Shown here: positions 29,201 to 38,127 of the stretch, in pieces
How positions within the stretch are numbered: the first letter of the stretch is position 1
Layout of the letters: each line of letters begins with the position of its first letter
Source: an uncultured SAR86 cluster bacterium
GTDB lineage: Bacteria; Pseudomonadota; Gammaproteobacteria; Magnimaribacterales; AG-339-G14
Assembly (NCBI GenBank): GCA_902566305.1
Contig: CACFIK010000005.1
Coordinates: 10,779 to 74,778, forward strand
DNA: 64,000 nucleotides
Reading direction: 5' to 3'
Translations under genes and position numbers: made by a program
The notes under the pieces: model-generated
Told to the model about the DNA's origin: nothing
The model's database searches: none
The model's input: only the letters and a program-made list of their open reading frames with translations

Positions 29201-30366
29201 TAGTAGAGGATATTATTGATGATCTCATTTCAAAAGTAGAGGAAGAATTGAGCTCTATTTTAAATAGTGATTTTTCAAGAACCATTGAAACTCAGATGGC
29301 GCAATTTTCAAGACAATCCAGAGATTCAATTTATAGACTGGGAACCCAAAGAAAAGATTTAGATTGTGGTTCTCAAAAGCAAAGTGATCCTTCATCACTA
29401 AATATGGAAGATATAGTTGTAGGAGTGATAGATGCTGTAAATAGCAATTCCTTTTCAGGAAATTACTCCAACGAAATATTTAATTGTAAAAATTCATCGA
29501 TGGATATCATCGAAGGTAACTATTCTATTACTTATGACAAAGATCTTGGCACCCAATTGTTTTTGGGAGGATCATCTCAAAGAGATTTATTTGTAGCCGA
29601 AGATTTTCTCTCGGGAGTTTCTTACGGTGGTTATTTGCAAAGAACAAATACTGCATCGAGTGGTAAAGGCCATATTAATGGCCTTGGTGGAAATATTGGT
29701 TTTTACCAAGCAAGAAAGTTTGATCAGTTATATTTGAACTATTATGTTTCTGGATCTGTTGGTTATCATCAATATGAAATTTTCGTTGAGGATCCGTTAG
29801 AAACAATCAAAACAGAAGGTGCTTATCATTATTTTGCTTCTTTTTTTGGTTCTTCTTTATCTGGCAAAGTTGAGAGAGAGACTTTTAACTTGAGACCAAG
29901 TATTGGTCTAGATATGGCCATTGCAACAGCAAGTGATGCATCTATTAAGGCAAAACAATTCTCAACTACTGAAAGTGGAAAATTAGATTTACCTTTTCAT
30001 GATGGCTATAGATGGTATTCAGAGTTTGCTTTTGATTTTGGAAACATTGCTAACTTGTCAGGCTTTTCAAATAATAATCAAAGATTTGAAATTGCTCCAA
30101 GACTCTATTGCGATAATAAACTTAATGGTTCAGGCAATGATTGTGGCTTGGGTGCTTATTTCAAATATTCATTCGAAGATAATCTTGGGAGTAAAATTCA
30201 TTTTCAGCTTGATTATGAGGAAACCGATAGGGTTAAAAGAAGTAACTTAAAGTTTGGTAGAAAGAATTTGATTCTCAATGGTTTGGGCTCATCTACTACA
30301 CAGCTAAATATGGATGAGATGGGAAGATTACAGTTAGAATATCTTCTGGATATTTATTTGTTTTAG
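26191..30366 (+). CDS. Giant surface protein: signal peptide, BspA-type LRR (DUF285) repeats, cadherin-like/Ig-like/Cna-B-like domains, autotransporter-like C-terminal beta domain
   Basis: GTG at 26191 gives MIKINRIIRPHFLFFTFFYSFFSSNALA followed by DSE (AxA cleavage site). About 8 repeats of the FNQDIGNWDVSKV type. SdrD/Cna-B-like TDDTGSYFFDDLSEDTYKVEF. Ends in LEYLLDIYLF (terminal aromatic, as in OM beta-barrels). Confidence 0.75.
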   Translation: MIKINRIIRPHFLFFTFFYSFFSSNALADSECFNPSNINTVGPAGTVCAEMLIVSKAMLLEAEEVGNGSDFSISFDGTDYTFGNSANNVFTGQITDFNYIFKDKTNFNADIGYWDLRNALSTRFMFQRASSFNQNINNWNVSNVINMQGMFHYATSFNQDLNSWDVSKVDNLRSIFQSAKVFNGNISSWNISNVWNLGYAFASAEAFNSDISNWDTSKVTYFGRTFLSAKEFNQDIGNWDVSKVRDFRRAFQGASKFNQDIGNWDVSSSTLLARMFKHASSFNQDLTCWNVKNILSEPAAFGGASNLSSENKPYWGEDPCSKNTTLDNLTVSTGILSPEFDKDELSYSIDYNNSQEEVNFSFSKKHPGATLTVNDQQVLNNQYSHSLNVGLNEFKIKITSEDTSLSKEYTISVTREAGPDIVSPEIKSLETSEDGSQIIIEVSELLNEQSIPPTSNFNVVVDNLSYEVTKTIIEGIKIILSVSKPITREAIEADKNVVLTYSAPTDNSSIKDLSDNELPSFKIKQVDNKSTIDNTPPELVDTKPSDDMLNVSTQSILNLTFSENINLSSGSIRLYKGDDRSNELIKTFEASPPSGIPTEIKVFENTAEIYLSGYLELSNKYYLLIDSDVFIDDAGNKYSGINKENQFNFSTPSVLLHQYEVGEEGTSGTASISGIAQFSDGQTAAGVMVNLYNSQDVIIKTSITDDTGSYFFDDLSEDTYKVEFVGNSDSKLKGQADSGTVEGKFVTSIEVSEGEQIYGIDAVLIDPAGVIYDSISRQPIKGATVELKFNGNLVDSSWLDLNLGGPNSQITDSDGQYNFILNSNAESGKYSINVIPIDGYKFPSLSIPAELDAYTPNLGGGIEEIQPQDEAPSGSDQTTYYLDINFSITNESSSTSNGIINNHIPLDESIPPLISGPGLEDGTIKINEGDTLVGKFSSNESVSWSLRGEDKNLLNFDAESGDLVFQNVTDFENPNDTDLNNEYLVTIAAVDNFGNEASISLKIIVEDIIDDLISKVEEELSSILNSDFSRTIETQMAQFSRQSRDSIYRLGTQRKDLDCGSQKQSDPSSLNMEDIVVGVIDAVNSNSFSGNYSNEIFNCKNSSMDIIEGNYSITYDKDLGTQLFLGGSSQRDLFVAEDFLSGVSYGGYLQRTNTASSGKGHINGLGGNIGFYQARKFDQLYLNYYVSGSVGYHQYEIFVEDPLETIKTEGAYHYFASFFGSSLSGKVERETFNLRPSIGLDMAIATASDASIKAKQFSTTESGKLDLPFHDGYRWYSEFAFDFGNIANLSGFSNNNQRFEIAPRLYCDNKLNGSGNDCGLGAYFKYSFEDNLGSKIHFQLDYEETDRVKRSNLKFGRKNLILNGLGSSTTQLNMDEMGRLQLEYLLDIYLF
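26882..26991 (+). repeat. Perfect 35-bp direct repeat (26882-26916 and 26957-26991) with 75-bp period inside the LRR region
   Basis: AATTTAATCAAGATATAGGTAATTGGGATGTTTCA occurs twice, one 25-aa LRR unit apart. Confidence 0.9.
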
Positions 30367-30378
30367 AAGGGAGGAATT

Positions 30379-31167
30379 TTGTTGGATTTAAACTTAGAAG
30401 GAAAAAGAGCCGTCGTGACAGGTGCTAGTCTGGGTATTGGAGAAGCTGTTGTGAAAATGCTCAGTGATCATGGAGCCTCTGTTACATTTTGCGCCAGGAA
30501 TAAAGACGCCATTGATTCTTTATCAAAATACAAGCCTGAAAATAAAAGTTCCTCAATTAAAGGTCTTATTGCCGATATGTCGAATGGGGAATCTACCGAA
30601 AATTTTATAGAAGAAACTCTTAAGGAAGGGCCTATTGATATTCTTGTAAATAATGTAGGTGCATCTCCATCAAGAAATTTTCTATATATGTCAGATCAAG
30701 ATTGGCAGGATTTACATGAACTTAACTTGCTTTCTGCAGTAAGGTGCACAAGGTCATTCCTCCCTCACATGAGAGAGCAGAAATGGGGAAGAGTGATCAT
30801 GATATCTAGCTCCGCAGGAAAATATCCAAGTGCTGCATTGATAGATTATGGAGCAACTAAATCAGCGATGATTTCTATTAGTAAATCTTTAGCAAAAAAA
30901 TATGGAAGAGATGGAGTTTTAGTTAATTCAGTTTTACCTGGCCTTATTCATACAGCAATGTGGGAAAGAGCAGCTGGTGAGATTGCTGAGTCATCTGGCA
31001 GTAGTGCTGAGGAAGTAATCAAGAAAAATGGTTTTTCTGTGCCCATAGGTAGATACGGAACATCTGAAGAAGTTGCTGCTTTGGTTGTTTTTTTGTGCTC
31101 AAATGCAGCTTCATATATAAACGGATCAGCAATCGAAGTAGATGGTGGACAAGCGGGGCATATTTAA
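30379..31167 (+). CDS. Short-chain dehydrogenase/reductase
   Basis: 262 aa, TTG start. TGASLGIG and YGATK motifs. Confidence 0.85.
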   Translation: MLDLNLEGKRAVVTGASLGIGEAVVKMLSDHGASVTFCARNKDAIDSLSKYKPENKSSSIKGLIADMSNGESTENFIEETLKEGPIDILVNNVGASPSRNFLYMSDQDWQDLHELNLLSAVRCTRSFLPHMREQKWGRVIMISSSAGKYPSAALIDYGATKSAMISISKSLAKKYGRDGVLVNSVLPGLIHTAMWERAAGEIAESSGSSAEEVIKKNGFSVPIGRYGTSEEVAALVVFLCSNAASYINGSAIEVDGGQAGHI

Positions 31168-31440
31168 ATGAGTGAACTTAACGATGATCAAAAAAGACTG
31201 GCGGATGCTCTTGAAGAGTTAAAAGAACATAATTTCATGAGAATCCACGAGTCCGCTTGGAAATTTTTGTATTACAACTTACTCAGGGGTTTGGCCATCG
31301 GGCTGGGATCTGTTGTAGGAGCAACTTTATTAGTAACTATTCTCATACAAATTCTTGCTCAAATAGAATTTATTCCTATTTTAGGCAACTACGCTCATCA
31401 GATTATTGAAATAATCGAGAGACTAGAAAAGAAAGGTTAA
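31168..31440 (+). CDS. Small membrane protein (DUF5665-like, tentative)
   Basis: 90 aa. One long hydrophobic hairpin, LLRGLAIGLGSVVGATLLVTILIQIL. Starts immediately after the SDR stop and ends immediately before the convergent gene's stop. Confidence 0.5.
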   Translation: MSELNDDQKRLADALEELKEHNFMRIHESAWKFLYYNLLRGLAIGLGSVVGATLLVTILIQILAQIEFIPILGNYAHQIIEIIERLEKKG

Positions 31441-32262
31441 TTACTTTCCTTCAAAAACAGGTTCTTTCTTTTCCACGAATGCTTTGACAGCATTTTTGTG
31501 ATCATGAGTTTGACCGCAATGAACATGATGAGTTGCCTCTAAATCTAGACAATCATCTACATCACCATTCATAGCTCTATTAAGGTTTTCTTTCATGTAT
31601 CTGAATGCAACAGCAGGCCCAGAGGCAAGTTTTTCTGCAATTTCTTTTGTTTTGAGTTCAAGATCATCCGGCTCAACTACCCAATTAGTTAAGCCAAGCT
31701 CAAGAGCTTGATCAGCAGAAATCCTATCTGATAGAAAATATAATTCCCTTGCTTTTGCAGATCCAATAAGTTGAGTCATGAAATAGCTTCCTCCATAATC
31801 GCCTGAAAAACCAACTTTCGCGAAGGCAGTTGTCATGAAAGCTTCAGAGGACATTATCCTTAGGTCACAAGATAAAGCATACGATAGTCCTGCTCCCGCT
31901 GCAGCTCCTGATAAAGAAGCGATAGTGGGCTTAGGCATCTTAAAAAGCTTTCCTGAGGTACCTCTTTGGTGATCTCGTTGTTTATGGATTGCTGCATCTA
32001 TGGTGTTATCACCGACAGTTCCATCACCTCTGGAAGCCATTCCTTTAACATCTCCTCCTGCGCAAAAGCCTTTACCTGAACCTGTCAAAACAATGCATCT
32101 GACTTCGTTATCCAGTTCAAAAGCGGCAATAGTATCTTGCATGGCTTTGTTCATTTCTTGAGACATTGCATTTCTTGCCTCGGGACGATTCATCACAAGA
32201 TATCCAACTCCATTTTCTTTTCTTGCTAATAAATCTTCTGTTCCAGTATCAATTGTTGTCAT
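31441..32262 (-). CDS. Enoyl-CoA hydratase/isomerase (crotonase) family protein
   Basis: 273 aa. GFCAGGDV and AAGAGLSYALSCDLRIM blocks. Confidence 0.85.
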   Translation of the reverse strand: MTTIDTGTEDLLARKENGVGYLVMNRPEARNAMSQEMNKAMQDTIAAFELDNEVRCIVLTGSGKGFCAGGDVKGMASRGDGTVGDNTIDAAIHKQRDHQRGTSGKLFKMPKPTIASLSGAAAGAGLSYALSCDLRIMSSEAFMTTAFAKVGFSGDYGGSYFMTQLIGSAKARELYFLSDRISADQALELGLTNWVVEPDDLELKTKEIAEKLASGPAVAFRYMKENLNRAMNGDVDDCLDLEATHHVHCGQTHDHKNAVKAFVEKKEPVFEGK

Positions 32263-32303
32263 TTATTCCTCACTCCATTTTTATTTGTTATTCTACAAAT
32301 ATT

Positions 32304-33053
32304 ATGAGGATAAGACAGTTAGTTTTTGTAGCAAAGGAAAGAGATGAATTAGCCCAACAAATTTGCGATCTATTTGAATTAAAAGAAACATTCAATGACC
32401 CTGGAATTATTCATTTTGGGTTAGAAAATGTTCTCATTCCTTTAAATGACACTTTTATAGAAATCGTTACTCCAGTTCAAGAAAATACTACCGCAGAAAG
32501 ATTTCTTGATAAAAGAGGAGGGGATGGAGGCTATATGGTTATTTTGGATGTAGATGATTTTGAGGCCGAGAAGAAAAGAGTTGAGGATGAAAATATATCT
32601 ATTGTGTGGAATGCCGATAGAAAAGAAGAAGATATACATGCTAGAGCAATTCATCTTCATCCCAAAGAGACTGGTGGTGCTATTTTATCCTTGGATAAAA
32701 TGATCCCAGAAGATGCATGGTTATGGGCAGGAACAAATTGGAGGAAAGATATTAGTTCATCCCTAGTCGACTGCCTTACAGGCGTTATCCTTCAATCAGA
32801 TGATCCTGATAACCTATGTTCTAAATGGGAAAAAGCACTGGGAAAAACAAAATCTTCAAACGAGGTAGCCATCGAACTTAATAGTTCTAAAATATCTTTT
32901 TTAAAAAGTACTGATGGTAGAGGCGAAGGAGTAAACGCTTTTGTTATCAAGACTTCTAATAAAGGTGAAGTATTAAAGAGAGCTGACGAAATGAATCTTC
33001 TTACTGAAGGTGAAATTATGTTGGGTGGAGTAAAAATGATTCTAGAGGATTAA
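32304..33053 (+). CDS. VOC (glyoxalase/dioxygenase-like) family protein
   Basis: ATG at 32304 (MRIRQLVFVAKERDEL...). The ORF-track start at 32166 lies antisense inside the crotonase gene and was trimmed. Family call is tentative. Confidence 0.55.
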   Translation: MRIRQLVFVAKERDELAQQICDLFELKETFNDPGIIHFGLENVLIPLNDTFIEIVTPVQENTTAERFLDKRGGDGGYMVILDVDDFEAEKKRVEDENISIVWNADRKEEDIHARAIHLHPKETGGAILSLDKMIPEDAWLWAGTNWRKDISSSLVDCLTGVILQSDDPDNLCSKWEKALGKTKSSNEVAIELNSSKISFLKSTDGRGEGVNAFVIKTSNKGEVLKRADEMNLLTEGEIMLGGVKMILED

Positions 33054-33058
33054 GGAAA

Positions 33059-34456
33059 ATGGAATTAGATTACAGAGACCATTCATTGGTTGAACTTGCA
33101 AAAAAAGTTAATTCAAGAGAATTGAGCGCAGAGGAACTTATAAAAGCTTCCCTTAAAAATATTGAAGATGTGGATAAAGAGATTAATGCTTTTTGTTCTA
33201 TAAATCCTGAACTATCCATTAAGGAAGCAAAAAAAGTAGACGAAAGGATTTCTAAAGGTGAGAACTTACCACTTGCAGGTTTAGCTTTAGGGGTAAAAGA
33301 TTTGGAAGATGCAGAAGGTTACGTTACTGCTTATGGTTCTGACTTCCATACAAATGATCAACCAGCAAAAACAGATTCAATTCTTGTGCAAAGGCTTCGT
33401 GCTGCAGGAGCAATTGTTGTAGGAAAAACTAACACCCCCGAATTCGGCTATAAAGGAGTTACCGATAATGTTCCCTTTGGAGCTTCGAAAAATCCTTGGA
33501 ATAAAGAATATACCCCAGGAGGGTCGTCTGGTGGATCATCGGCCGCTCTAGCTGCAGGCATGGTGCCAATTACTACTGGATCAGACGGAGGAGGGTCAAT
33601 TAGAATCCCAGCAGCGTTATGCGGGTTGAGCGCAATAAAAACTTCGCAAGGTAGAGTTCCTAATGGTGGTCCAACACCTCCTGGTTCTGGCATTTTAACT
33701 GTTAAAGGTCCGATGACTAATAAAATAGATGAAGCAGCCTACTCATTAGATAACTGTATTGGTCCTGAGTCTTCTGATATTTTTTCATTACCTAAACCTA
33801 AAGAAAGTTGGTATGAAAATTTAAATGCCGATCTTCCAGAAAGGATTATTTGGACTTCTACTTTTGGTTTCGCAGATGTTGATAAAGAAATTAAAGAAAA
33901 ATGTGAAGAGGCAATTTCCAAAATAGAATCAGCGGGTTGTGAAGTCATTCGGGATGAAGAAATATGGAAGGAAGATCCCGTTAGTTCTTGGTTAGTTTTC
34001 TGGACTGGGGCAAGAGGAAGGGCTCAAGGACATCTCAGAGGAACTCCAGACTGGGAAAGAATTGATGCAGATCTAAGACCACAAATTGAATGGGGCATGG
34101 ATAATTTTAGTGCAGCAGATTACGCAGCTGCTTTCGACCAATGTCATTATCTGAGCCTTAAACTTGAGGAAAGATTTCAAAAAGCTCCCTTAATTCTTTC
34201 TCCAGCAACATGCGGGTTAACACCAAAAATATACAAACAAGGAATTGTTAATGGCGAAGAAACACCTGCCTGGGTTGCTTTTACTTACGGAATTAACATG
34301 ACTAGAAATCCAGCTGGAACCTTTCCAATCGGTTTAAGTACTCAAGGTTTACCTATTGGTATACAAGTCATAGGTTCTCAGCAAGATGATTTGGGAGTTC
34401 TTCAAGGCATTAAGAATTTTGAAAATATAATGAACTTCAATATTAAGGCTTCATAA
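33059..34456 (+). CDS. Amidase-signature family amidase
   Basis: 465 aa. AS signature GGSSGGSSAALAAGMVPITTGSDGGGSIRIPAALCG. Confidence 0.9.
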   Translation: MELDYRDHSLVELAKKVNSRELSAEELIKASLKNIEDVDKEINAFCSINPELSIKEAKKVDERISKGENLPLAGLALGVKDLEDAEGYVTAYGSDFHTNDQPAKTDSILVQRLRAAGAIVVGKTNTPEFGYKGVTDNVPFGASKNPWNKEYTPGGSSGGSSAALAAGMVPITTGSDGGGSIRIPAALCGLSAIKTSQGRVPNGGPTPPGSGILTVKGPMTNKIDEAAYSLDNCIGPESSDIFSLPKPKESWYENLNADLPERIIWTSTFGFADVDKEIKEKCEEAISKIESAGCEVIRDEEIWKEDPVSSWLVFWTGARGRAQGHLRGTPDWERIDADLRPQIEWGMDNFSAADYAAAFDQCHYLSLKLEERFQKAPLILSPATCGLTPKIYKQGIVNGEETPAWVAFTYGINMTRNPAGTFPIGLSTQGLPIGIQVIGSQQDDLGVLQGIKNFENIMNFNIKAS

Positions 34457-34459
34457 ATA

Positions 34460-35980
34460 ATGTCCAATCATTCTGCTTACAGAACATTTGTAGATAGGCT
34501 TTCGAAGACTAAAGACTCTGTAAGAGAAAAATCTACAAAGAAGAGAAAAAGTTTAGGTCTTCGAACTGCCAGAGAGAATCTTGATGATCTAGTAGATCCC
34601 GGGAGCTTTCTTGAATTTGGAGCTTTTGCAGTTGCTGCGCAAAGGAATAGAAGAGATTATGAAGAGTTACAACTTGAGACTTCTGCCGATGGCATACTTA
34701 CAGGATTTTGTAATATCAATGAGGATGAGGTGGGAGAGGATAATTCTCACGCAGCAGCAATAATTTATGATTATTCTGTCTTAGCAGGCTCCCAAGGTTT
34801 TTTTCATCATCAAAAACTAGATAGGATTTGTGAAAAAGCTGAAGAATTTTCTTTACCTGTCGTAATTTTTACAGAAGGTGGAGGAGGTAGACCTGGAGAT
34901 ACAGATGTCACTACTCAGATAGCTGGGCTTCATATTCCTTCATTTTCTACTTGGGCAAGACTAACTGGAAAATGTTTAAAAATTGCAGTCAATAATGGTT
35001 ATTGCTTTGCAGGAAATGCAGTCCTTTTTGGATGTTCGGACTTTATGATTGCAACCAAACAATCCTGGATTGGTATGGCTGGACCAGCAATGATTGAAGG
35101 AGGAGGACTAGGAGTCTATGATCCCAAAGAAATAGGCCCCGCTGAAGAACAATACAAAAATGGAGTTCTCGATTATCTAGCTGAAGATGAAAAAGAAGCA
35201 ACTTTTATTGCAAAAAAACTTCTTTCTTATTTTCAAGGTAATTTGTCTGATTGGTCTATTGATGACCAAACCAAACTAAGAGACATAATTCCTGAAGATC
35301 GACGATGGGCATATCCTGTAAGAGATGTAATAGAAATTCTTTCAGATAGAGACTCTTTTTTGGAGCTTAGAAAAGTTTATGGACGAAGTGTTATCACTGG
35401 GTTCATAAGAATTGAAGGTAAACCATTTGGCCTTGTAGCCAGCGATTGCCAGCAACTTGGAGGAGCAGTAGATTCCGAGGCAGCTGAAAAAGCAGCTGCA
35501 TTCATTGAAATATGTAACGCACATAATTTACCAATTTTATCTTTGGTTGATACCCCAGGATTTATGGTAGGCCCTGATAGTGAGCTTGAAGGTTCCGTCA
35601 GGAGAATGGCAACGCTCCTAGTATCCGGGGCAAAAATAACTTCTCCACATATAGCAATTTTCTTAAGAAAAGGTTACGGGTTAGGAGCACAGGCAATGGT
35701 TGGGGGTAGTTTTCATGATCCTATTTACACTGCTTCTTGGCCTACAGGAGAATTCGGAGGAATGGGGCTAGAAGGAGCTGTAAAGCTAGGATTCAGGAAA
35801 GAACTCGAAGCAGAAACAGATCCAAAGAAAAAAGAAGATCTCTATAATAAATTAGTTGAGAGATCTTACGAGAAAGGTAAGGCTATAGAAGCTGCTGCAC
35901 ATTTAGAAATTGATGCTGTAATTGATCCTGCTGATACTAGGAAGGTGATATTGAAGGCCTTAAAGAATAAATTTATTTAA
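34460..35980 (+). CDS. Carboxyltransferase (acyl-CoA carboxylase beta-subunit-like, two-domain)
   Basis: 506 aa. Tandem crotonase-like CT halves (GGGGRPGD... and LVDTPGFMVG). No biotin carboxylase or BCCP gene in the window. Confidence 0.8.
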   Translation: MSNHSAYRTFVDRLSKTKDSVREKSTKKRKSLGLRTARENLDDLVDPGSFLEFGAFAVAAQRNRRDYEELQLETSADGILTGFCNINEDEVGEDNSHAAAIIYDYSVLAGSQGFFHHQKLDRICEKAEEFSLPVVIFTEGGGGRPGDTDVTTQIAGLHIPSFSTWARLTGKCLKIAVNNGYCFAGNAVLFGCSDFMIATKQSWIGMAGPAMIEGGGLGVYDPKEIGPAEEQYKNGVLDYLAEDEKEATFIAKKLLSYFQGNLSDWSIDDQTKLRDIIPEDRRWAYPVRDVIEILSDRDSFLELRKVYGRSVITGFIRIEGKPFGLVASDCQQLGGAVDSEAAEKAAAFIEICNAHNLPILSLVDTPGFMVGPDSELEGSVRRMATLLVSGAKITSPHIAIFLRKGYGLGAQAMVGGSFHDPIYTASWPTGEFGGMGLEGAVKLGFRKELEAETDPKKKEDLYNKLVERSYEKGKAIEAAAHLEIDAVIDPADTRKVILKALKNKFI

Positions 35981-36305
35981 CCTTATCTTCGGTATGCCTT
36001 TCACCGTTGAACACAGCCGCAAATTCTAGAAGTTCATCTGACTCATTGAAAACTCTATGGAATGCTCCATCCGGAACAGGAATTACATCCCCTTTGTTAA
36101 CTTCAAATTTATGGTCATTTATTTGCATGATCCCAGTCCCAGAAGTAAAAACATACACTTCTTCTTGACCATCATGACTATGACCACTAGTGGCTTTATG
36201 CGGATTTAATTTGGTAATGCTTGGAACAAGTTTGTTTAATTCCTTGTTATCCAAAACGACGTATCTGTCGTCTTCTTTAACTACATACCAATTACTTTTA
36301 TTCAT
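35973..36305 (-). CDS. Cupin-domain protein
   Basis: 110 aa. Cupin motifs GHSHDGQEEVYVF and GDVIPVPDGAFHRVFN. Confidence 0.75.
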   Translation of the reverse strand: MNKSNWYVVKEDDRYVVLDNKELNKLVPSITKLNPHKATSGHSHDGQEEVYVFTSGTGIMQINDHKFEVNKGDVIPVPDGAFHRVFNESDELLEFAAVFNGERHTEDKVK

Positions 36306-36353
36306 AAACTCATTATACTAAATTTATTGAACATAATAGAAAACTAAAATTGA

Positions 36354-37580
36354 ATGTCGGATAATTTATTATTGAAAGGCTTAAAAGTCATTGATGCAGG
36401 AAGCTTTATTGCTGGACCAGTTTCAACAACCATTCTTTCTGATTTTGGAGCTGAAGTGATTAAAATCGAGCCACCCAAAATAGGAGATAGTCTTAGACAT
36501 CTCATAGAGAGAACAAAAAGAGTCAATCCAAGCGCCGAAGAAGATTATTGTTGGCAACTCACTTCTAGAAATAAGAAAAGTTTAGCCTTAGATTTAGGCT
36601 CAGCAAAAGGCCAAGAAATACTCCACAAACTCATCAAAGAAGCAGATGTTTTTGTAACTAATATGCCTCAAAGGATAAGAGAAAAATTAAAAATCAACTC
36701 CTCTGATTTATTGCCATTAAACGAAAGATTAATTTATGGATCTCTAACAGGCTATGGCGAAAAAGGTCCAGATTCACACAGGACTGCTTTTGATACAATG
36801 GCTTGGTGGGCAAGAAGCGGTTTAATGGATATAGTTAGACCTTCCGAGAATTCTCCCCCTGCAAATCCTCCCATTGGAATGGGCGATCAACCCACAGGCG
36901 TAGCGCTATTCGCTAGCATAATGACGGCACTCTACCGCAGAGAAAAGACTGGTAAGGGAGGCGAAGTACATACTTCTTTGATGGCAAATGGAGCATGGTC
37001 CAACGGATCATTTATCCAGGCTGGATTATTTGGAGCACAGTTTCCTGATAGAAAAGAACCATCTCCACTCCATCCATTTGGAGGCAGATACAAAACTAAA
37101 GATAATAGGTATCTGATTCTTGCAATTATCGATGCAAATAAGGAATGGCCGAAATTATTAAAAGCTCTTGATATTGAATATTTAAATGAGGATCCTAGAT
37201 TTTCATCTTTCAAAAAAATGAATGAGAACTTTATGATTTTATATGAGGAACTCGAAAAGATATTTATACAATATTCATTAAAAGAAATTACTGAAAAATT
37301 AAGGTTCTCAGAAGTTACTTTTGGAGTCCTTAGTCATTCAAATGATCACTCTAAAGATCAGCAATTCATCGAAAGTGAAGTATTAGTAAAATTTGATAAA
37401 GGTAGTTTTGATGAGGATTTCTTCACAGTAAACAGTCCTATTTTTTTAGAAAATGAATCAAAAAAAATTCCTACGAAAGCTCCAAAGTTGGGAGAACACA
37501 CGAAAGAAATACTTTCTTCTTTAGGTCAAGATGAAGAAGAGATAGCTCAGCTGAAACAAGATGGTATTATTGATTATTAA
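36354..37580 (+). CDS. Family III CoA-transferase (CaiB/BaiF type)
   Basis: 408 aa. LKGLKVIDAGSFIAGPVSTTILSDFGAEVIKIEPP block. Confidence 0.85.
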   Translation: MSDNLLLKGLKVIDAGSFIAGPVSTTILSDFGAEVIKIEPPKIGDSLRHLIERTKRVNPSAEEDYCWQLTSRNKKSLALDLGSAKGQEILHKLIKEADVFVTNMPQRIREKLKINSSDLLPLNERLIYGSLTGYGEKGPDSHRTAFDTMAWWARSGLMDIVRPSENSPPANPPIGMGDQPTGVALFASIMTALYRREKTGKGGEVHTSLMANGAWSNGSFIQAGLFGAQFPDRKEPSPLHPFGGRYKTKDNRYLILAIIDANKEWPKLLKALDIEYLNEDPRFSSFKKMNENFMILYEELEKIFIQYSLKEITEKLRFSEVTFGVLSHSNDHSKDQQFIESEVLVKFDKGSFDEDFFTVNSPIFLENESKKIPTKAPKLGEHTKEILSSLGQDEEEIAQLKQDGIIDY

Positions 37581-37600
37581 TTCTTTGATTTTAAAAAAAA

Positions 37601-38125
37601 ATGCGTTTTATTCTCTTTTTTCTACCCTTAATTAGCATCTCAGTTTATTCAATGGATATTAAAATCTCTAAAAATATCTGGGAGTTTACACCTGATGGTG
37701 TGATGGGAGGTAAATCTAAAGGTTCAATACAATTTCTAAATACGGAAGGTTTTGACTACATTTCTTTCAGAGGAAATGTCAATACAGATGGTGGCGGATT
37801 TCTTATGTTCAGATCTAAAATAGATAAAAAGGATTTAAAAGAATTTTCAAAGATAAGTTTTTTGGCTAGAGGAAATGATGAAAAATACTATTTTCATATT
37901 AAGTCGAGGGGACAAGTTTTACCGTGGGTCAGACATCTTAAAGAATTCAAAGTTGGAAAAGATTGGAAAGAATACGTTTTGAATATTGAAGACTTTGTTG
38001 GGTACAGTAATAGTAGGACTTTCAATAAATCCATAAATCCAAAAAAAATAAAACTTCTTGGGATTGAAGCTTATGGAAGAGATCACGAGGTAGAGCTAGA
38101 TATAGCAAAAATAAAAATTTTCTAA
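37601..38125 (+). CDS. CIA30-domain protein with signal peptide
   Basis: 174 aa. Signal-like MRFILFFLPLISISVYS. The W.F.PDGVMGGKSKG block matches the CIA30 family core. Confidence 0.6.
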   Translation: MRFILFFLPLISISVYSMDIKISKNIWEFTPDGVMGGKSKGSIQFLNTEGFDYISFRGNVNTDGGGFLMFRSKIDKKDLKEFSKISFLARGNDEKYYFHIKSRGQVLPWVRHLKEFKVGKDWKEYVLNIEDFVGYSNSRTFNKSINPKKIKLLGIEAYGRDHEVELDIAKIKIF

Positions 38126-38127
38126 TT

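Noticed and set aside
32166-32303. 5' extension of the VOC-like ORF back to 32166.
   Set aside because: The extension is antisense to the crotonase coding sequence and has an implausible peptide composition. ATG 32304 follows the crotonase start region and begins a normal-looking N-terminus.
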